Part shown: in pieces, positions 29,615 through 40,068 of the stretch | Position numbering within the stretch: position 1 is the stretch's first letter | Layout: each line of letters begins with the position of its first letter | DNA from: Nitrospirota bacterium | Lineage (GTDB): Bacteria > Nitrospirota > Thermodesulfovibrionia > Thermodesulfovibrionales > JdFR-85 | DNA: 64,000 nucleotides | Assembly (NCBI GenBank): GCA_015492645.1 | Contig: WGER01000027.1 | Location: 11,396-75,395, forward strand | Reading direction: 5' to 3' | Notes under the pieces: model-generated | What the model was told of the DNA's origin: nothing | The model's input: the letters and a program-made list of their open reading frames with translations, nothing else | The model's database searches: none | Program-made: the position numbers and the translations under genes

Positions 29615-30906
29615 CTCTCACTGCCTCCTGTAAGTGGAAAAATGAGCCTGAATACTGCTCCGCCCATTTTAAGGTTTTCCACCTCAATGCCTCCACCCAG
29701 CCGGCTCATGGTTCCAGCACTTATAGAAAGTCCGAGTCCTGTGCCCTCACCAGGTGGCTTTGTGGTAAAGAAGGGGTCAAAGACCCTGTCTTTTATCTCC
29801 TTCGGTATTCCAGGACCTGTGTCGCTTATCTCCACCACTGCGGAGTTTTCTCTGACAGAGCCCTTTATGGTAACCCTTCCCTGCCTGCCGATGGCCTGAA
29901 GGGCATTTAGGATGATGTTTACAAAGACCTGCTCTATCTCTCTTGAGTGACCTCTGACAGAGGGAAGTTCCCCATTCTCAAAGATGATTTCTATCTGTCT
30001 TTTGTCTGCCTCCTTTTTAAGAAGCGATAGGGCTGAGTTAATGGCCTCTATCAGGTCGCATTTTGCATTGACTCTTTCATACTCAGGCTTTCGTGCAAAG
30101 TCAAGAAGGCCCTTTATTATGCGGCTACACCGGTTTGCCTGCTCTGCTATTATCCTGACCCTTTCTGCCTGTTTCTCAGACAGTGAAGGGTCTTTCTCAA
30201 GCAGTCTTGCATAGCCAAGGATATTGCCAAGGGGGGTGTTTAGTTCATGGGCAATGCCTGCTGCCATCTGTCCAAGGGAGACCAGTTTTTCGGTTCTTAA
30301 CATCAGTTCTTCAGCTTTTTTCTTCTCTGTTACGTCAATCAGAACCTCTATCACTCCTCTTATCTCACCAGAAGCCTTTAACGGAGTTGTTACTACCTGA
30401 AAAAATCTGTCTTTCTTTTTCACCTCTCTTAAAGTTACAGGCTTGCCTGTTGCCATGGTTTCTACTGCAGGACAGTCAAGTCCTGGGGAGTCCTTGTAAC
30501 AGTAAACTTCATAACAGAATCTGCCTCTTATGTCTTCTGAAGGCTCTGATACAAGCATCTGACGCTGTTTTTCGTTACAACGGATTATCCTGAAGTTGGT
30601 ATCGATTATTGAGATACCCACGCCTGTGGCATTGAAGATGGCATGAAGTTCGTCTCTTGCCATCTTAAGTTCCTGCACCGTCTCTCTTAGATGTTCCAGT
30701 ATCTGGTGGAAGGCCCCTGCCACTACTCCTATGGGATCGAACTCAAGCAGTATCTCATCGTCCAGTTCCTCTGGTCTTAGAGGCTGTGTTCCCATCACCT
30801 CAAGCAACTGGTTCACCTTCTGCCGGATGTAATGGATGTAACGCTGGTTTAACTCTCTGAGTTTCTCTAATTCCTTGAAAAGTTCTTTTTCTTTCTGTGG
30901 CTGCAT
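29611..30906 (-). CDS. PAS-domain sensor histidine kinase (cytoplasmic)
   Basis: PAS region with Cys-rich segment (CYEVYCYKDSPGLDCP), H-box AAGIAHELNTPLG, G-boxes DTGPGIP and GTGLGLSI. Confidence 0.9.
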   Translation of the reverse strand: MQPQKEKELFKELEKLRELNQRYIHYIRQKVNQLLEVMGTQPLRPEELDDEILLEFDPIGVVAGAFHQILEHLRETVQELKMARDELHAIFNATGVGISIIDTNFRIIRCNEKQRQMLVSEPSEDIRGRFCYEVYCYKDSPGLDCPAVETMATGKPVTLREVKKKDRFFQVVTTPLKASGEIRGVIEVLIDVTEKKKAEELMLRTEKLVSLGQMAAGIAHELNTPLGNILGYARLLEKDPSLSEKQAERVRIIAEQANRCSRIIKGLLDFARKPEYERVNAKCDLIEAINSALSLLKKEADKRQIEIIFENGELPSVRGHSREIEQVFVNIILNALQAIGRQGRVTIKGSVRENSAVVEISDTGPGIPKEIKDRVFDPFFTTKPPGEGTGLGLSISAGTMSRLGGGIEVENLKMGGAVFRLIFPLTGGSER

Positions 30907-30908
30907 AT

Positions 30909-31151
30909 TCAGGAGGATATCCTTATTTCATAACAGGTCTTTACCTTCTCAACCACTACCCTGTAGCCCATTGCCTCTGCCGACTGAGGGATAGTTCGGG
31001 TAGCATCTCGGTGGTCTGTCCTGACCACTATCTCAACTTCCCCTTTCTTCAATCTTTCACGATGTTCATTAATTACTTTAAGGGCTACTAAAAGACAGGC
31101 AGGGCAGACCTGTCCCAGCATATCTATGTCTATCATCTCTTTGTTCTTCAT
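30909..31151 (-). CDS. tusA: TusA/SirA-family sulfurtransferase
   Basis: 80 aa with DMLGQVCPACLL (active-site Cys context). Overlaps the yeeE stop. Confidence 0.8.
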   Translation of the reverse strand: MKNKEMIDIDMLGQVCPACLLVALKVINEHRERLKKGEVEIVVRTDHRDATRTIPQSAEAMGYRVVVEKVKTCYEIRISS

Positions 31152-32257
31152 ACTCTTAGCACCACCTTCTTAAGTATTATACCACCTGCATAGGCACCCG
31201 CTGTCATGGCAGAAACAAACATTATAGCCTGAAATGATATCAGGCCAAGCCCGCCGAGGACAAACTTGACATTACAGCCCGATGCCACCCTTGCACCAAA
31301 TGCAATCATCATGCCACCTGTAAAGGCAGAAATGGTCTGCCTCAGAGGCGGAAGCCCATATATCCTGAACTCCCTGTAATAAAGGGATGTAAGAAAAGAA
31401 CCGATTAGTATCCCTACAATAAGAGATACCTCCTGAGCGGTGATGATGTCAAAGGCCGCGCCTGCTCCGCCTGTGATGAGTCTGTCTCCTGTGTGAATAC
31501 CTACCGAGGGAGAGTGAAAGAACAGGACATGGCTGTAGTGTCCCGGGGCAAGGTATCTTTCAAGATAGGCTCCTAATTTTGCATATCCTGTAGTGATGCC
31601 CATGGGCCAGCCTGAAAGGAGATAAACTAGAAGGTTCAGGATGGCAATAATCAGGGCGGCCTTCCAAGGCTTCAGATAACCCACTGCGTAGGCTCTCACA
31701 TCCCAGAACCCCTTTTTTTTCCATCTTAGAAAGACCACTGTTGAAAGCAGGACAAAGATCCCCACAAAGGCTGCCGCTGCCAGGGGGGAGAGGTCATAGA
31801 GTGTTATGTGCCGACCAATCTGATAGGTTTTATATAAATGACTGAAGAAGGGGTGCATCTCGGCATAAAGGAGGCTTCCTGTGATTATCCCGAAAAAGCC
31901 AATCAGGTTTGTAAGGTTTCCAGAGGCCATCTTATAAAGTGTGCCAACAACGCATCCGCCGGCAAGCACCATACCCACACCAAAGACAAATCCGCCTGCA
32001 AGGCTCATGAGCGAGGGCAGAGAATAGGTGGGAGGTGGGTAAAAAGGCAGAACTCCCATCAGATGAGCAGTAAAGAAAAGCACCATTGATATAGCAACAA
32101 AAAGATGGAGTGATCTCAGAAGGGTAAAGTCTCTAAGCAAGAAGGCATCCCTGAACATCCCTGCCATACAGTAATCACTTCTATAGATTGTTATTCCTAA
32201 TAATACACCCATAGAGAAGTTTAGGAAAAAGATCAAGTAAAGATTGGTAATGAACAT
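31148..32257 (-). CDS. YeeE/YedE-family sulfur (thiosulfate) transporter
   Basis: Multi-TM protein with duplicated Cys-containing motifs (RSDYCMAGMFRD, GGCVVGTLYK, ASGCNV). Start is uncertain: TTG 32290, ATG 32257 or ATG 32212. Confidence 0.8.
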   Translation of the reverse strand: MFITNLYLIFFLNFSMGVLLGITIYRSDYCMAGMFRDAFLLRDFTLLRSLHLFVAISMVLFFTAHLMGVLPFYPPPTYSLPSLMSLAGGFVFGVGMVLAGGCVVGTLYKMASGNLTNLIGFFGIITGSLLYAEMHPFFSHLYKTYQIGRHITLYDLSPLAAAAFVGIFVLLSTVVFLRWKKKGFWDVRAYAVGYLKPWKAALIIAILNLLVYLLSGWPMGITTGYAKLGAYLERYLAPGHYSHVLFFHSPSVGIHTGDRLITGGAGAAFDIITAQEVSLIVGILIGSFLTSLYYREFRIYGLPPLRQTISAFTGGMMIAFGARVASGCNVKFVLGGLGLISFQAIMFVSAMTAGAYAGGIILKKVVLRV

Positions 32258-32369
32258 GAAATAATTATAACAAAAACCATTTCTATGCAAAAGAAGGTTA
32301 TTTAACAGGATCAGGCTGAAAACGTTAATCTATAAGTAAGATAGTATGAAATATCTCTTGTAGGCTTTC

Positions 32370-32388
32370 CAGAAAATCAGAGTTTCTG
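32370..32388. repeat. intergenic member of the hairpin family
   Basis: CAGAAAatcagagTTTCTG. Compare CCAGAAAAATCagaGATTTTTCTGG at 590-614. Confidence 0.45.
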
Positions 32389-32552
32389 CGGGTACTGTCA
32401 TATTTCTTGGGCGCCGCCAGTGTTTACTATCGCAATTTTTTTGACATGATTGACCCAAGATACCATTTTTAAGTACAGATTTGTTTTAATATAAACTCTA
32501 TCTTTTAAGGAAGTAGGGTATAATAAAAATTTAAAGTCAAAAGGGGAGCAAA

Positions 32553-33926
32553 ATGGCTCACGAGGCAGTAACAGAGGGCACAGGACAGGTGGTGATGGAT
32601 TCAACATTCTGGGTGGCAACAGCGATCTTTCTTGTCTCCTATGCAATCATAGTCTCTGAGAAGGTTCACAAGACGGTTGTTGCAATAGTTGGTGCCTCCC
32701 TAATGCTCATTTTAAAGATACTGGAGCAGCAAGAGGCATTCCATGTGGAGGAACTGGGGGTGGACTGGAATGTTATATTCCTTCTCATAGGGATGATGAC
32801 GATAATAAACATCCTTAAAGAGACAGGATTCTTTGAATACGTTGCTATAAAGAGCGCCAAACTGGGCAGGGGAGAACCGATAAATATACTGTTGATACTG
32901 TTTGTGGTTACCGCTGTGCTTAGTGCCCTCCTCGACAATGTCACCACTGTGTTACTCATAGTCCCAGTGACCTTTCTCATCTGTGACGCCCTTGAGGTGG
33001 ATCCCATCCCCTTTCTCATTATGCAGGTAATGGCCTCAAATATAGGCGGTACGGCCACTTTAATAGGTGATCCTCCAAACATCATGATTGCCTCAAAGGC
33101 GAAACTGAACTTTATGGATTTCATCTATCACCTCACCCCGGTGGTGGTGATTATAATGCTGGTGATGCTTGCGATAATGAAGGTCTTCTTTGGGAGGAGG
33201 TTGAAAACAAGAGAGGAACTGAAGGCAAGGATCATGCAGATGAACGAAAGGGAGGCGATAAAGGACCCTGTGCTTCTGAAGAAGTCTCTCTTTGTGCTTG
33301 GTGTGGTCCTTACAGGGTTTGTCCTGCACGGTGCCCTCCATTATGAACCTGCCACAATAGCACTCTTTGGTGCAGGGTTATTGCTGCTTCTTTCAAAGAC
33401 ACATGATCCCCATCACTACCTTGCTGAGATAGAATGGCCAACCATTTTCTTTTTTATTGGCCTCTTCATAATAGTGGGTGGTGTAGTGAAGGTTGGTCTA
33501 ATCAGGTGGATGTCAGTAAAGATGCTCGATCTGACAGAGGGCAACCTCCTGGCCACCAGCATGGTCATCATGTGGTTTTCTGCAGTCGCCTCTGCCATTG
33601 TTGATAACATTCCCTATGTGGCAACCATGAACCCCTTGGTAATAGACATGGCCCGTCAACTCTGGCCCCATGAGTCTGGATTGTCCCTTCTTCAACACCC
33701 TGAACTCATGCCAGTATGGTGGTCCCTCGCCCTTGGTGCGTGTCTTGGAGGAAACGGCTCACCTATAGGTGCCTCTGCAAATGTTATTGTGGTGGGAATG
33801 GCAGAGAGGGCAGGTCATAGAATCACCTTTGTGAGGTTTCTGGCCTATGGTGTGCCGATCACCATTCTTACGGTATTTATATCAATGGTATATGTATGGT
33901 TGAGGTATTATGTTTTGAACCTTTAA
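32553..33926 (+). CDS. ArsB/NhaD-superfamily (SLC13/CitMHS-like) anion permease
   Basis: 457-aa multi-TM protein with the conserved GGTATLIGDPPNIMI and GGNGSPIGASANV hairpin-loop motifs of this superfamily. Confidence 0.75.
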   Translation: MAHEAVTEGTGQVVMDSTFWVATAIFLVSYAIIVSEKVHKTVVAIVGASLMLILKILEQQEAFHVEELGVDWNVIFLLIGMMTIINILKETGFFEYVAIKSAKLGRGEPINILLILFVVTAVLSALLDNVTTVLLIVPVTFLICDALEVDPIPFLIMQVMASNIGGTATLIGDPPNIMIASKAKLNFMDFIYHLTPVVVIIMLVMLAIMKVFFGRRLKTREELKARIMQMNEREAIKDPVLLKKSLFVLGVVLTGFVLHGALHYEPATIALFGAGLLLLLSKTHDPHHYLAEIEWPTIFFFIGLFIIVGGVVKVGLIRWMSVKMLDLTEGNLLATSMVIMWFSAVASAIVDNIPYVATMNPLVIDMARQLWPHESGLSLLQHPELMPVWWSLALGACLGGNGSPIGASANVIVVGMAERAGHRITFVRFLAYGVPITILTVFISMVYVWLRYYVLNL

Positions 33927-34122
33927 AGGGTTTCTCACTCCCGGCCGCCTGGATTTGCCGATACGGTTAAGGGTGGCGGGCGTAGATTTGCCCGGGCAGA
34001 GCCCTCAACCCCACAAAATCTTTTATTTTATGGGACCCCATGCCACCTTCCAGAGTGTTTGATTGAAAGTCTAACGTCAATCTACGGGAAAGTCAACTGA
34101 CAAGTTCAATGAAAGGCTAATA

Positions 34123-34131
34123 TGTTATAAT
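34123..34131 (+). promoter_or_regulatory. extended -10 promoter element TGTTATAAT
   Basis: Ends 10 nt before ATG 34142, with no SD in between, which implies a near-leaderless transcript. Confidence 0.4.
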
Positions 34132-34141
34132 TTTTATTTAA

Positions 34142-35386
34142 ATGAAGTATATTGTGATAATAGGTGATGGAATGGCTGACAGACCTCTGAAGGAGTTAGG
34201 GGGAAAGACCCCACTTCAGGTTGCCTTTACCCCCAATATGGATAAGATTGCAAAGAGGGGGGAGTTGGGCCTTGTGAGGACCATACCAGAGGAGATGTCT
34301 GCCGGCTCTGATGTTGCCAATCTCAGTATCCTTGGTTATGACCCGAGGGTTTATTACACAGGCAGGGCCCCCTTAGAAGCGGCTGCTATGGGGGTGGAAC
34401 TTGCATCTGATGACGTGGCATACAGGTGTAATCTCGTTACCCTCAGGTATAACAAGGAACGGACAAGAGCGATATTGGAGGACTACAGTGCAGGTCATAT
34501 CAGCACAGAGGAGGCAAGGCAGTTAATCCAGGCCCTCAATGAGTCCCTTGCCACAGATGAGATAAGATTTTACCCGGGCATAAGTTACAGACACCTGATG
34601 CTCTGGAAGGGGGGACAGATTGAGGTCGAGTGTATACCACCCCATGACATCATAGGAAAGGAGATAACGGAGTATCTGCCCTGTGGGAGGGGAGAAGAGG
34701 TCCTCAGAGGGCTGATGGAGGCATCTGTGGAGATCTTAGAGTCACATCCAGTAAATAGAAAGAGACTGCAGGAGGGTAAGCCGCCTGCCAATAGTATCTG
34801 GCTCTGGGGACAGGGCCGCAGGCCATCAATGCCTTCTTTCAAGGAGAGGTATGGTCTGTCTGGTGCCCTGGTGAGTGCTGTGGACCTGACCAAGGGGCTC
34901 GGGGTGTGCCTGGGATTGGAGATACTGAATGTCCCAGGAGTGACAGGATACATAGACACCAACTATCTGGGCAAGGCGGAGTACTCACTCAAGGCACTTG
35001 AGAGGCATGACTTTGTCTACATCCATATAGAGGCCCCTGATGAAGCAGGACACAGCGGGGATCCCAAGATAAAGATAAAGGCGATAGAAGACATCGACGC
35101 CCTGGTGGTTGGTACAGTACTGAGGGGCGCTAAGGCATTTGATCGATTCCGGGTCCTCCTGATGCCTGACCATGCCACACCAATTGAGGTGAGGACCCAT
35201 ACAAAAGAACCTGTACCCTTTGTAATCTATGACAGTAGTGAAGACAGGAGCAACCCCGTTGATGGGTTCAGCGAGGCCATCAAAGAACTTGAAGACATCA
35301 CCGTCTTTGAACAGGGATACAAACTGATGGAGTATTTTCTCAAAAGAACAGATACCAAAGGGTTATTCAGGGAGGGTGAAGCCTGA
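34142..35386 (+). CDS. cofactor-independent phosphoglycerate mutase family protein (ApgM-like; possible non-canonical homoserine kinase)
   Basis: [20 protein letters not shown] and MPDHATP metal-site motifs of the alkaline-phosphatase-superfamily ApgM group. Abuts aspartate kinase (TGATG overlap). Confidence 0.8.
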   Translation: MKYIVIIGDGMADRPLKELGGKTPLQVAFTPNMDKIAKRGELGLVRTIPEEMSAGSDVANLSILGYDPRVYYTGRAPLEAAAMGVELASDDVAYRCNLVTLRYNKERTRAILEDYSAGHISTEEARQLIQALNESLATDEIRFYPGISYRHLMLWKGGQIEVECIPPHDIIGKEITEYLPCGRGEEVLRGLMEASVEILESHPVNRKRLQEGKPPANSIWLWGQGRRPSMPSFKERYGLSGALVSAVDLTKGLGVCLGLEILNVPGVTGYIDTNYLGKAEYSLKALERHDFVYIHIEAPDEAGHSGDPKIKIKAIEDIDALVVGTVLRGAKAFDRFRVLLMPDHATPIEVRTHTKEPVPFVIYDSSEDRSNPVDGFSEAIKELEDITVFEQGYKLMEYFLKRTDTKGLFREGEA

Positions 35387-36600
35387 TGTTAGTGGTGCAG
35401 AAGTACGGTGGAACATCTGTTGGGAGCATTGAGAGGATAAAGGCTGTGGCCCGAAGGGTGGTGGAGACAAAGAGGGCTGGCCATGATGTGGTTGTGGTGG
35501 TTTCGGCTATGGCAGGTGAGACGGACAAACTCATCAGTATGGCACAGGAGATCTCTGAAGAGCCTCCAGAGAGAGAGATGGACCTTCTGCTTTCCTCAGG
35601 TGAGAGGGTCTCTGCAGCACTTCTTGCGATGGCTATAAATGAACTCGGTTACAGGGCGATGTCCTTTACAGGCAGACAGGTAGGCATAATCACCGACACC
35701 TCCCACACCAAGGCAAAGATAGAAAGGGTTACAGCAGAGAGGGTAAAGGATGCCCTCAAGGAAGGTGTTATACCAGTTGTAGCAGGCTTTCAGGGGATAT
35801 CCGAGACCTCTGATGTGACCACCCTGGGAAGGGGTGGTTCTGACCTCACTGCTGTTGCAGTGGCAGCAGCCCTCGGGGCAGACCTCTGTGAGATATACAC
35901 AGATGTAGAGGGTGTATTCACAGCCGATCCCAATATAGTCCCGGAGGCAAAGAAACTGGAAAGGATTACCTATGAGGAGATGCTTGAGATGGCAAGCCTT
36001 GGTGCAAAGGTCCTTCAGACCAGGTCGGTGGAGTTTGCCATGAAGTATAATGTGCCACTGGTAGTCAGGTCTTCCTTTACAGACAGGCCTGGCACCTTAG
36101 TCATAAAGGAGGATAGAGATATGGAAAAGGTTATGGTATCGGGTGTTGCCCATGACAAGAATCAAACAAAGATCACTATACTGAGTGTGCCTGACAGGCC
36201 TGGTATAGCAGCCAAACTCTTCCGAAGGATTGCAGATGCAAATATAGTGGTGGACATGATAGTGCAGAATATAAGTAGCGATGGCAGGTCCACGGACATC
36301 TCCTTCACCGTGCCCAAGGCAGACAGAGATAAGGCCGTCAGGATTACCGAAGAAGTTGCTTCTGAACTGGACGCAAAGGGTGTCTCTGTGGATGACAACA
36401 TAGCAAAGGTATCAATAGTGGGGGTGGGTATGAAGACCCACTCCGGGGTGGCAGCAAAGATGTTTGAGACACTCGCCCGTGAAGGTATAAACATAATGAT
36501 GATAAGCACCTCGGAGATAAAGGTATCCTGCGTAATAGATGTGAAGTACACAGAACTGGCTGTGAGGGTACTCCACGAGGCCTTCGGGCTTGACCGATGA
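35386..36600 (+). CDS. lysC: aspartate kinase
   Basis: [29 protein letters not shown], two C-terminal ACT domains. Confidence 0.95.
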   Translation: MLVVQKYGGTSVGSIERIKAVARRVVETKRAGHDVVVVVSAMAGETDKLISMAQEISEEPPEREMDLLLSSGERVSAALLAMAINELGYRAMSFTGRQVGIITDTSHTKAKIERVTAERVKDALKEGVIPVVAGFQGISETSDVTTLGRGGSDLTAVAVAAALGADLCEIYTDVEGVFTADPNIVPEAKKLERITYEEMLEMASLGAKVLQTRSVEFAMKYNVPLVVRSSFTDRPGTLVIKEDRDMEKVMVSGVAHDKNQTKITILSVPDRPGIAAKLFRRIADANIVVDMIVQNISSDGRSTDISFTVPKADRDKAVRITEEVASELDAKGVSVDDNIAKVSIVGVGMKTHSGVAAKMFETLAREGINIMMISTSEIKVSCVIDVKYTELAVRVLHEAFGLDR

Positions 36601-37292
36601 GATTTCTTATTGCTGTGATCCTGCTACTGTCCTTTGTGGGCTGTAGCAAAGAGGTGATCAGGCCATCAGCAGAGGCCCCGGTTAAACCAGGAGAAGGGGC
36701 TGCCAGGGAAGAAAGGAGACTCTCTGCTGAGGAGCAGAAGCAGGCCTCTCTCGAGATATTTAAACAGATACTGAAGATTTCCATATCAACACCAGACAGG
36801 GCCAGGGCTGCAAGAGAGGTTGAGCCCCTTTACAGGAAGATAATAGAGGAGTATCCGGAGTCACCGCTTGCACAGGAGAGTTACCTGAGATTGATTGAAC
36901 TCTATCTCAGGGATTACAGACCACCTGAGACAAAAAGGGCCGAGGAGACCCTGCAGGCACTCAAGCAGAGGTATCCACAATCCCCCATCATACCAGAGGC
37001 TGAAAAGAGAATCGCCGGGTTCTACTACAACACAGGTAACTGGAATGGAGTGATCCAGGTCTACAGAGAAAAGATAAAGGAGTTCATAAAGACCGGCAAA
37101 ATAGATTCAGCAGGGACACTCTTCATGTATGCAGAGGCGATGTATCACAGAGGTGAGACAGAGGAGGCTATAAAGGGGTATCGCTGGGTGGTCAGGCTCT
37201 TCCCATCCTCAAATGAGGCATACAAGGCGAGGAAGATGCTTGAGAAGTTATCACCAACTCCAGAAGAGCCATCTTCTGGTGGGTATAAGTGA
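36597..37292 (+). CDS. TPR-repeat lipoprotein
   Basis: Lipobox LLSFVGC. TPR-like helical repeats ([31 protein letters not shown]). Confidence 0.6.
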   Translation: MRFLIAVILLLSFVGCSKEVIRPSAEAPVKPGEGAAREERRLSAEEQKQASLEIFKQILKISISTPDRARAAREVEPLYRKIIEEYPESPLAQESYLRLIELYLRDYRPPETKRAEETLQALKQRYPQSPIIPEAEKRIAGFYYNTGNWNGVIQVYREKIKEFIKTGKIDSAGTLFMYAEAMYHRGETEEAIKGYRWVVRLFPSSNEAYKARKMLEKLSPTPEEPSSGGYK

Positions 37293-37340
37293 GTCACCTT
37301 CATCCAGGAGTCGAACAGGGTTAGAACTATTAATTAAATC

Positions 37341-37405
37341 CTGTCGCATTAATTCAGTTTTCCGCTCCTAAAATCGATTTCGGAATCCCATTTTGAGCAC
37401 CCCTC
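37341..37405 (+). repeat. dispersed intergenic repeat (ctRtcgcattaattcagttttcYg ... attttgagcacccctc)
   Basis: Near-identical 24-mer at 44942-44965. Reverse-complement copy at 52876-52901. Weaker copy at 951-990. Confidence 0.7.
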
Positions 37406-37489
37406 GGCCACATTTGACCAAAATCAATCTGCAATTTCAGAAACAGAGGATCTGAATTTTGGTGGTTTCTTTGGTTTAATATAATAAAG

Positions 37490-38692
37490 ATGAACCGAAA
37501 AAGGATAAGGGTCTGTATGGTCTCTCCTCTCTACCACCCCTCTCTGGGAGGGCTTGGTAGGCAGGCGAAGGTCCTCACTGAAAGGCTCTCCAGAGAAGGT
37601 GTCGATCTCTTTGTAATAACCAGGTATCTGAAAGATGTACCTGATGCCACCTACTCACCAGATGTGGAGGTGATCAGGGCTTGGTCTGTCAGGCCAAGGA
37701 AATATCATCTTCCAGAGATCAATCTGGAGAATCTACTCACTTCTCTTCTATTTAGCCTGAGTACAACGATAAAACTCCTCCAACAGAGGAACCATTATGA
37801 GATTGTTCACTTTCATGGTGCCGGCCTGCCATTAATTGTGAATCTGCCGGTTTTGAAGGCGTTGAGAAAAAAGGTAGTAGCAAAGGTGGCTGCAGCAAAT
37901 CTGGGCACAGAGGCCGGCTCTTTAAGGGGCAGATACCTCGGTTTAGGGACTATTCTGGGTCATATGCTAAAATGGGTGGATGCCTTTATTGCCACAACTG
38001 GAGAGATTCGAGATGGACTCCTGAGGGAGGGGATTAGAGAAGAGAGGATATGGAGAATCCCGAATTTCATTGACCTCTCTTTGTATCCTCCATCAGGGTC
38101 AAAGGAGGCTATAAAAAGATCTCTTGGGTTACCAGAGGGAAGAATATTCGTCTTTGCAGGCCGCTTTGTGAAGAGGAAGGGGATTGAGTATCTGCTCAGG
38201 GCATGGGCAGAGGTCTTGAGGGAGGCTCCACAGGGAGTGTATCTCCTCTTACTCGGAGATGGCCCATTGAAGGCCGAGATGGTATCCCTTTCAAGATCCC
38301 TTGCAATAGAGAAGAAGACCCTGTTTTTAGGGCATGTAGAAGAGGTGAGGGAATACCTATATGCCTCTGATGCCTTTGTATTACCTTCATTACAGGAGGG
38401 GATGCCAAACTCGTTACTGGAGGCGATGGCCTGCTCATTACCTGTGATCGCAACCCGTATAGGGGGTGTGACTGATATAATAGAAGACGGAGTAAATGGG
38501 ATTCTTGTGCCGCCTGCTGAGGTCTCTCCCCTTGCAGAAGCGATGTTGAGGGTATTGAGTGATAGAGACCTTTCGGTATCGCTCGCCTCACATGCCCGCA
38601 GGACTGTCGAGATGCATTTCAGTCTTGACAGAGTTGTGGGGGGGTACCTCAGATTGTACAGGGCCCTGATGAATACCGGGGATGGGGAATGA
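37490..38692 (+). CDS. glycosyltransferase family 4 (GT-B)
   Basis: PSLGGLGRQ N-terminal motif and E-x7-E region EGMPNSLLEAMACSLPVIATRIGG. Confidence 0.88.
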   Translation: MNRKRIRVCMVSPLYHPSLGGLGRQAKVLTERLSREGVDLFVITRYLKDVPDATYSPDVEVIRAWSVRPRKYHLPEINLENLLTSLLFSLSTTIKLLQQRNHYEIVHFHGAGLPLIVNLPVLKALRKKVVAKVAAANLGTEAGSLRGRYLGLGTILGHMLKWVDAFIATTGEIRDGLLREGIREERIWRIPNFIDLSLYPPSGSKEAIKRSLGLPEGRIFVFAGRFVKRKGIEYLLRAWAEVLREAPQGVYLLLLGDGPLKAEMVSLSRSLAIEKKTLFLGHVEEVREYLYASDAFVLPSLQEGMPNSLLEAMACSLPVIATRIGGVTDIIEDGVNGILVPPAEVSPLAEAMLRVLSDRDLSVSLASHARRTVEMHFSLDRVVGGYLRLYRALMNTGDGE

Positions 38693-39609
38693 GGAAACCA
38701 GACTTCTTCATAGTAGGAGCACCCAAGTCAGGTACCACGGCAATGGCCACCTATCTGGGGCAGCATCCTGAAATCTTTATGGCCCAACAGAAGGACTCCA
38801 CCTTTTTTGGCTCTGACCTCAACTTTAGACACAATATCATGCATCCACCTGACCTGTTCAGGGTATCAGAGGAAGTCTACCTCTCATGGTTTACAGAGGC
38901 AGAAAAGGCGAAGAGGGTTGGTGAGGCATCGGTCTGGTATCTCTATTCAAAACGGGCTGCCCAGGAGATCAAGGCGTTCAACCCTGATGCAGATATCATA
39001 GTGATGTTGAGGAACCCTGTTGACCTCCTCTACTCGCTTCATGCCCAGTTCCTGTACGACGGAAATGAGGATATTGAGGACTTTGAGGAGGCCCTGAGCG
39101 CAGAAGGGGACCGAAAGAGGGGCCTCAGGATACCCCGTTCTGCCTATCTCGTAGAAGGACTCTATTACAGAGATGTGGTGAGGTTCTCAGAACAGATCAA
39201 GAGATATCTGGATCTCTTTGGAAGGCAGAGGATAAAGGTGATCATATTTGAGGATTTCAGGGAGAGGACAGAAGAGATCTACAGGCAGACCCTGGTATTC
39301 CTGGGTGTGAGTCCTGATTTCAGACCTGACTTCAAAGTGGTCAACCCTTCAAGGGAGATCAGGAGCAGAACACTACAGGGCCTGATCGCAAGCCCTCCTC
39401 CCCCCCTTGAGCCTATCGGGAGGTATCTCTCTCGGATAGGATGGGTGAGGAGGGCCGTTAAGTGGGCCGTTGACAGGCTGAATGTGAGTTATCGGAATAG
39501 GCCTCCACTGAAGGAGGATCTAAGGAGGAGTCTCTTAGAAGAGTTTTATCCTGAGATCGCCAAGACAGAGAGGCTCCTCGGTATCGACCTATCCTGCTGG
39601 CTGAAATAG
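38689..39609 (+). CDS. sulfotransferase-family protein
   Basis: 5'-PSB loop FFIVGAPKSGTTA and 3'-PB region MLRNPVDLLYS. Confidence 0.85.
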   Translation: MRKPDFFIVGAPKSGTTAMATYLGQHPEIFMAQQKDSTFFGSDLNFRHNIMHPPDLFRVSEEVYLSWFTEAEKAKRVGEASVWYLYSKRAAQEIKAFNPDADIIVMLRNPVDLLYSLHAQFLYDGNEDIEDFEEALSAEGDRKRGLRIPRSAYLVEGLYYRDVVRFSEQIKRYLDLFGRQRIKVIIFEDFRERTEEIYRQTLVFLGVSPDFRPDFKVVNPSREIRSRTLQGLIASPPPPLEPIGRYLSRIGWVRRAVKWAVDRLNVSYRNRPPLKEDLRRSLLEEFYPEIAKTERLLGIDLSCWLK

Positions 39610-39612
39610 TTC

Positions 39613-40068
39613 TTACTCACAACTGCCCATCCATCTGCCGCTTATCTGCTGGATCATCTCCATCCCCTTCATCCCTGCTGACTCCATTGTAACCCTCACC
39701 TCACCATCAAAACTCTCACCCCTGTAAGTTGCCCTACCTTCTGCCCTGGTGGTGCCATTGTTATCCCTGCACTCCATGACCCAGGTGACTGTATCCCCCT
39801 TCACATCGGTCTTCAGGACCTTGCATTCCTGTCCTGGTCTGTCCTCCTGTCTGGGGACCATGTCTTCACGGGTTATACATCTCCTGAAGGTATAGACTGG
39901 CATCTGCATGGGCATCCCCTGCATCTGCATCCTGGTGGTGATCTCCCAGAGCCCCTCCTTCATATTTATATCCTTTCCGAAGACAATGGCAGGGGAGGTG
40001 ACTGTAAGGGGAATGCTACCAAATATGAGCAGTCCCAGAAGGATACCTGTTAGCATTGGTCTTTTCAT
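39613..40068 (-). CDS. secreted DUF3617-like protein
   Basis: SD aaaggagg before ATG 40068. Signal peptide MKRPMLTGILLGLLIFGS. EGLWEITT motif and Met-rich stretch MQMQGMPMQMP. Confidence 0.6.
   Translation of the reverse strand: MKRPMLTGILLGLLIFGSIPLTVTSPAIVFGKDINMKEGLWEITTRMQMQGMPMQMPVYTFRRCITREDMVPRQEDRPGQECKVLKTDVKGDTVTWVMECRDNNGTTRAEGRATYRGESFDGEVRVTMESAGMKGMEMIQQISGRWMGSCE

Noticed and set aside
32291-32552. A second sigma-54 promoter upstream of yeeE.
   Set aside because: The best candidate on the minus strand (tgacagtacccgca) departs from TGGCAC-N5-TTGC at key positions. No copy of the TTTCAAAATGAAA enhancer site is present.
33927-34141. Possible tRNA, riboswitch (lysine/L-box) or small RNA in the 215-nt spacer before the ApgM-like/lysC genes.
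   Set aside because: I see no cloverleaf or T-loop signature and no recognisable L-box core. There are only a GC hairpin (ccgcc...ggcgg) and GTCAA/TGAAAG direct repeats, which I cannot interpret. A covariance-model scan would be needed.
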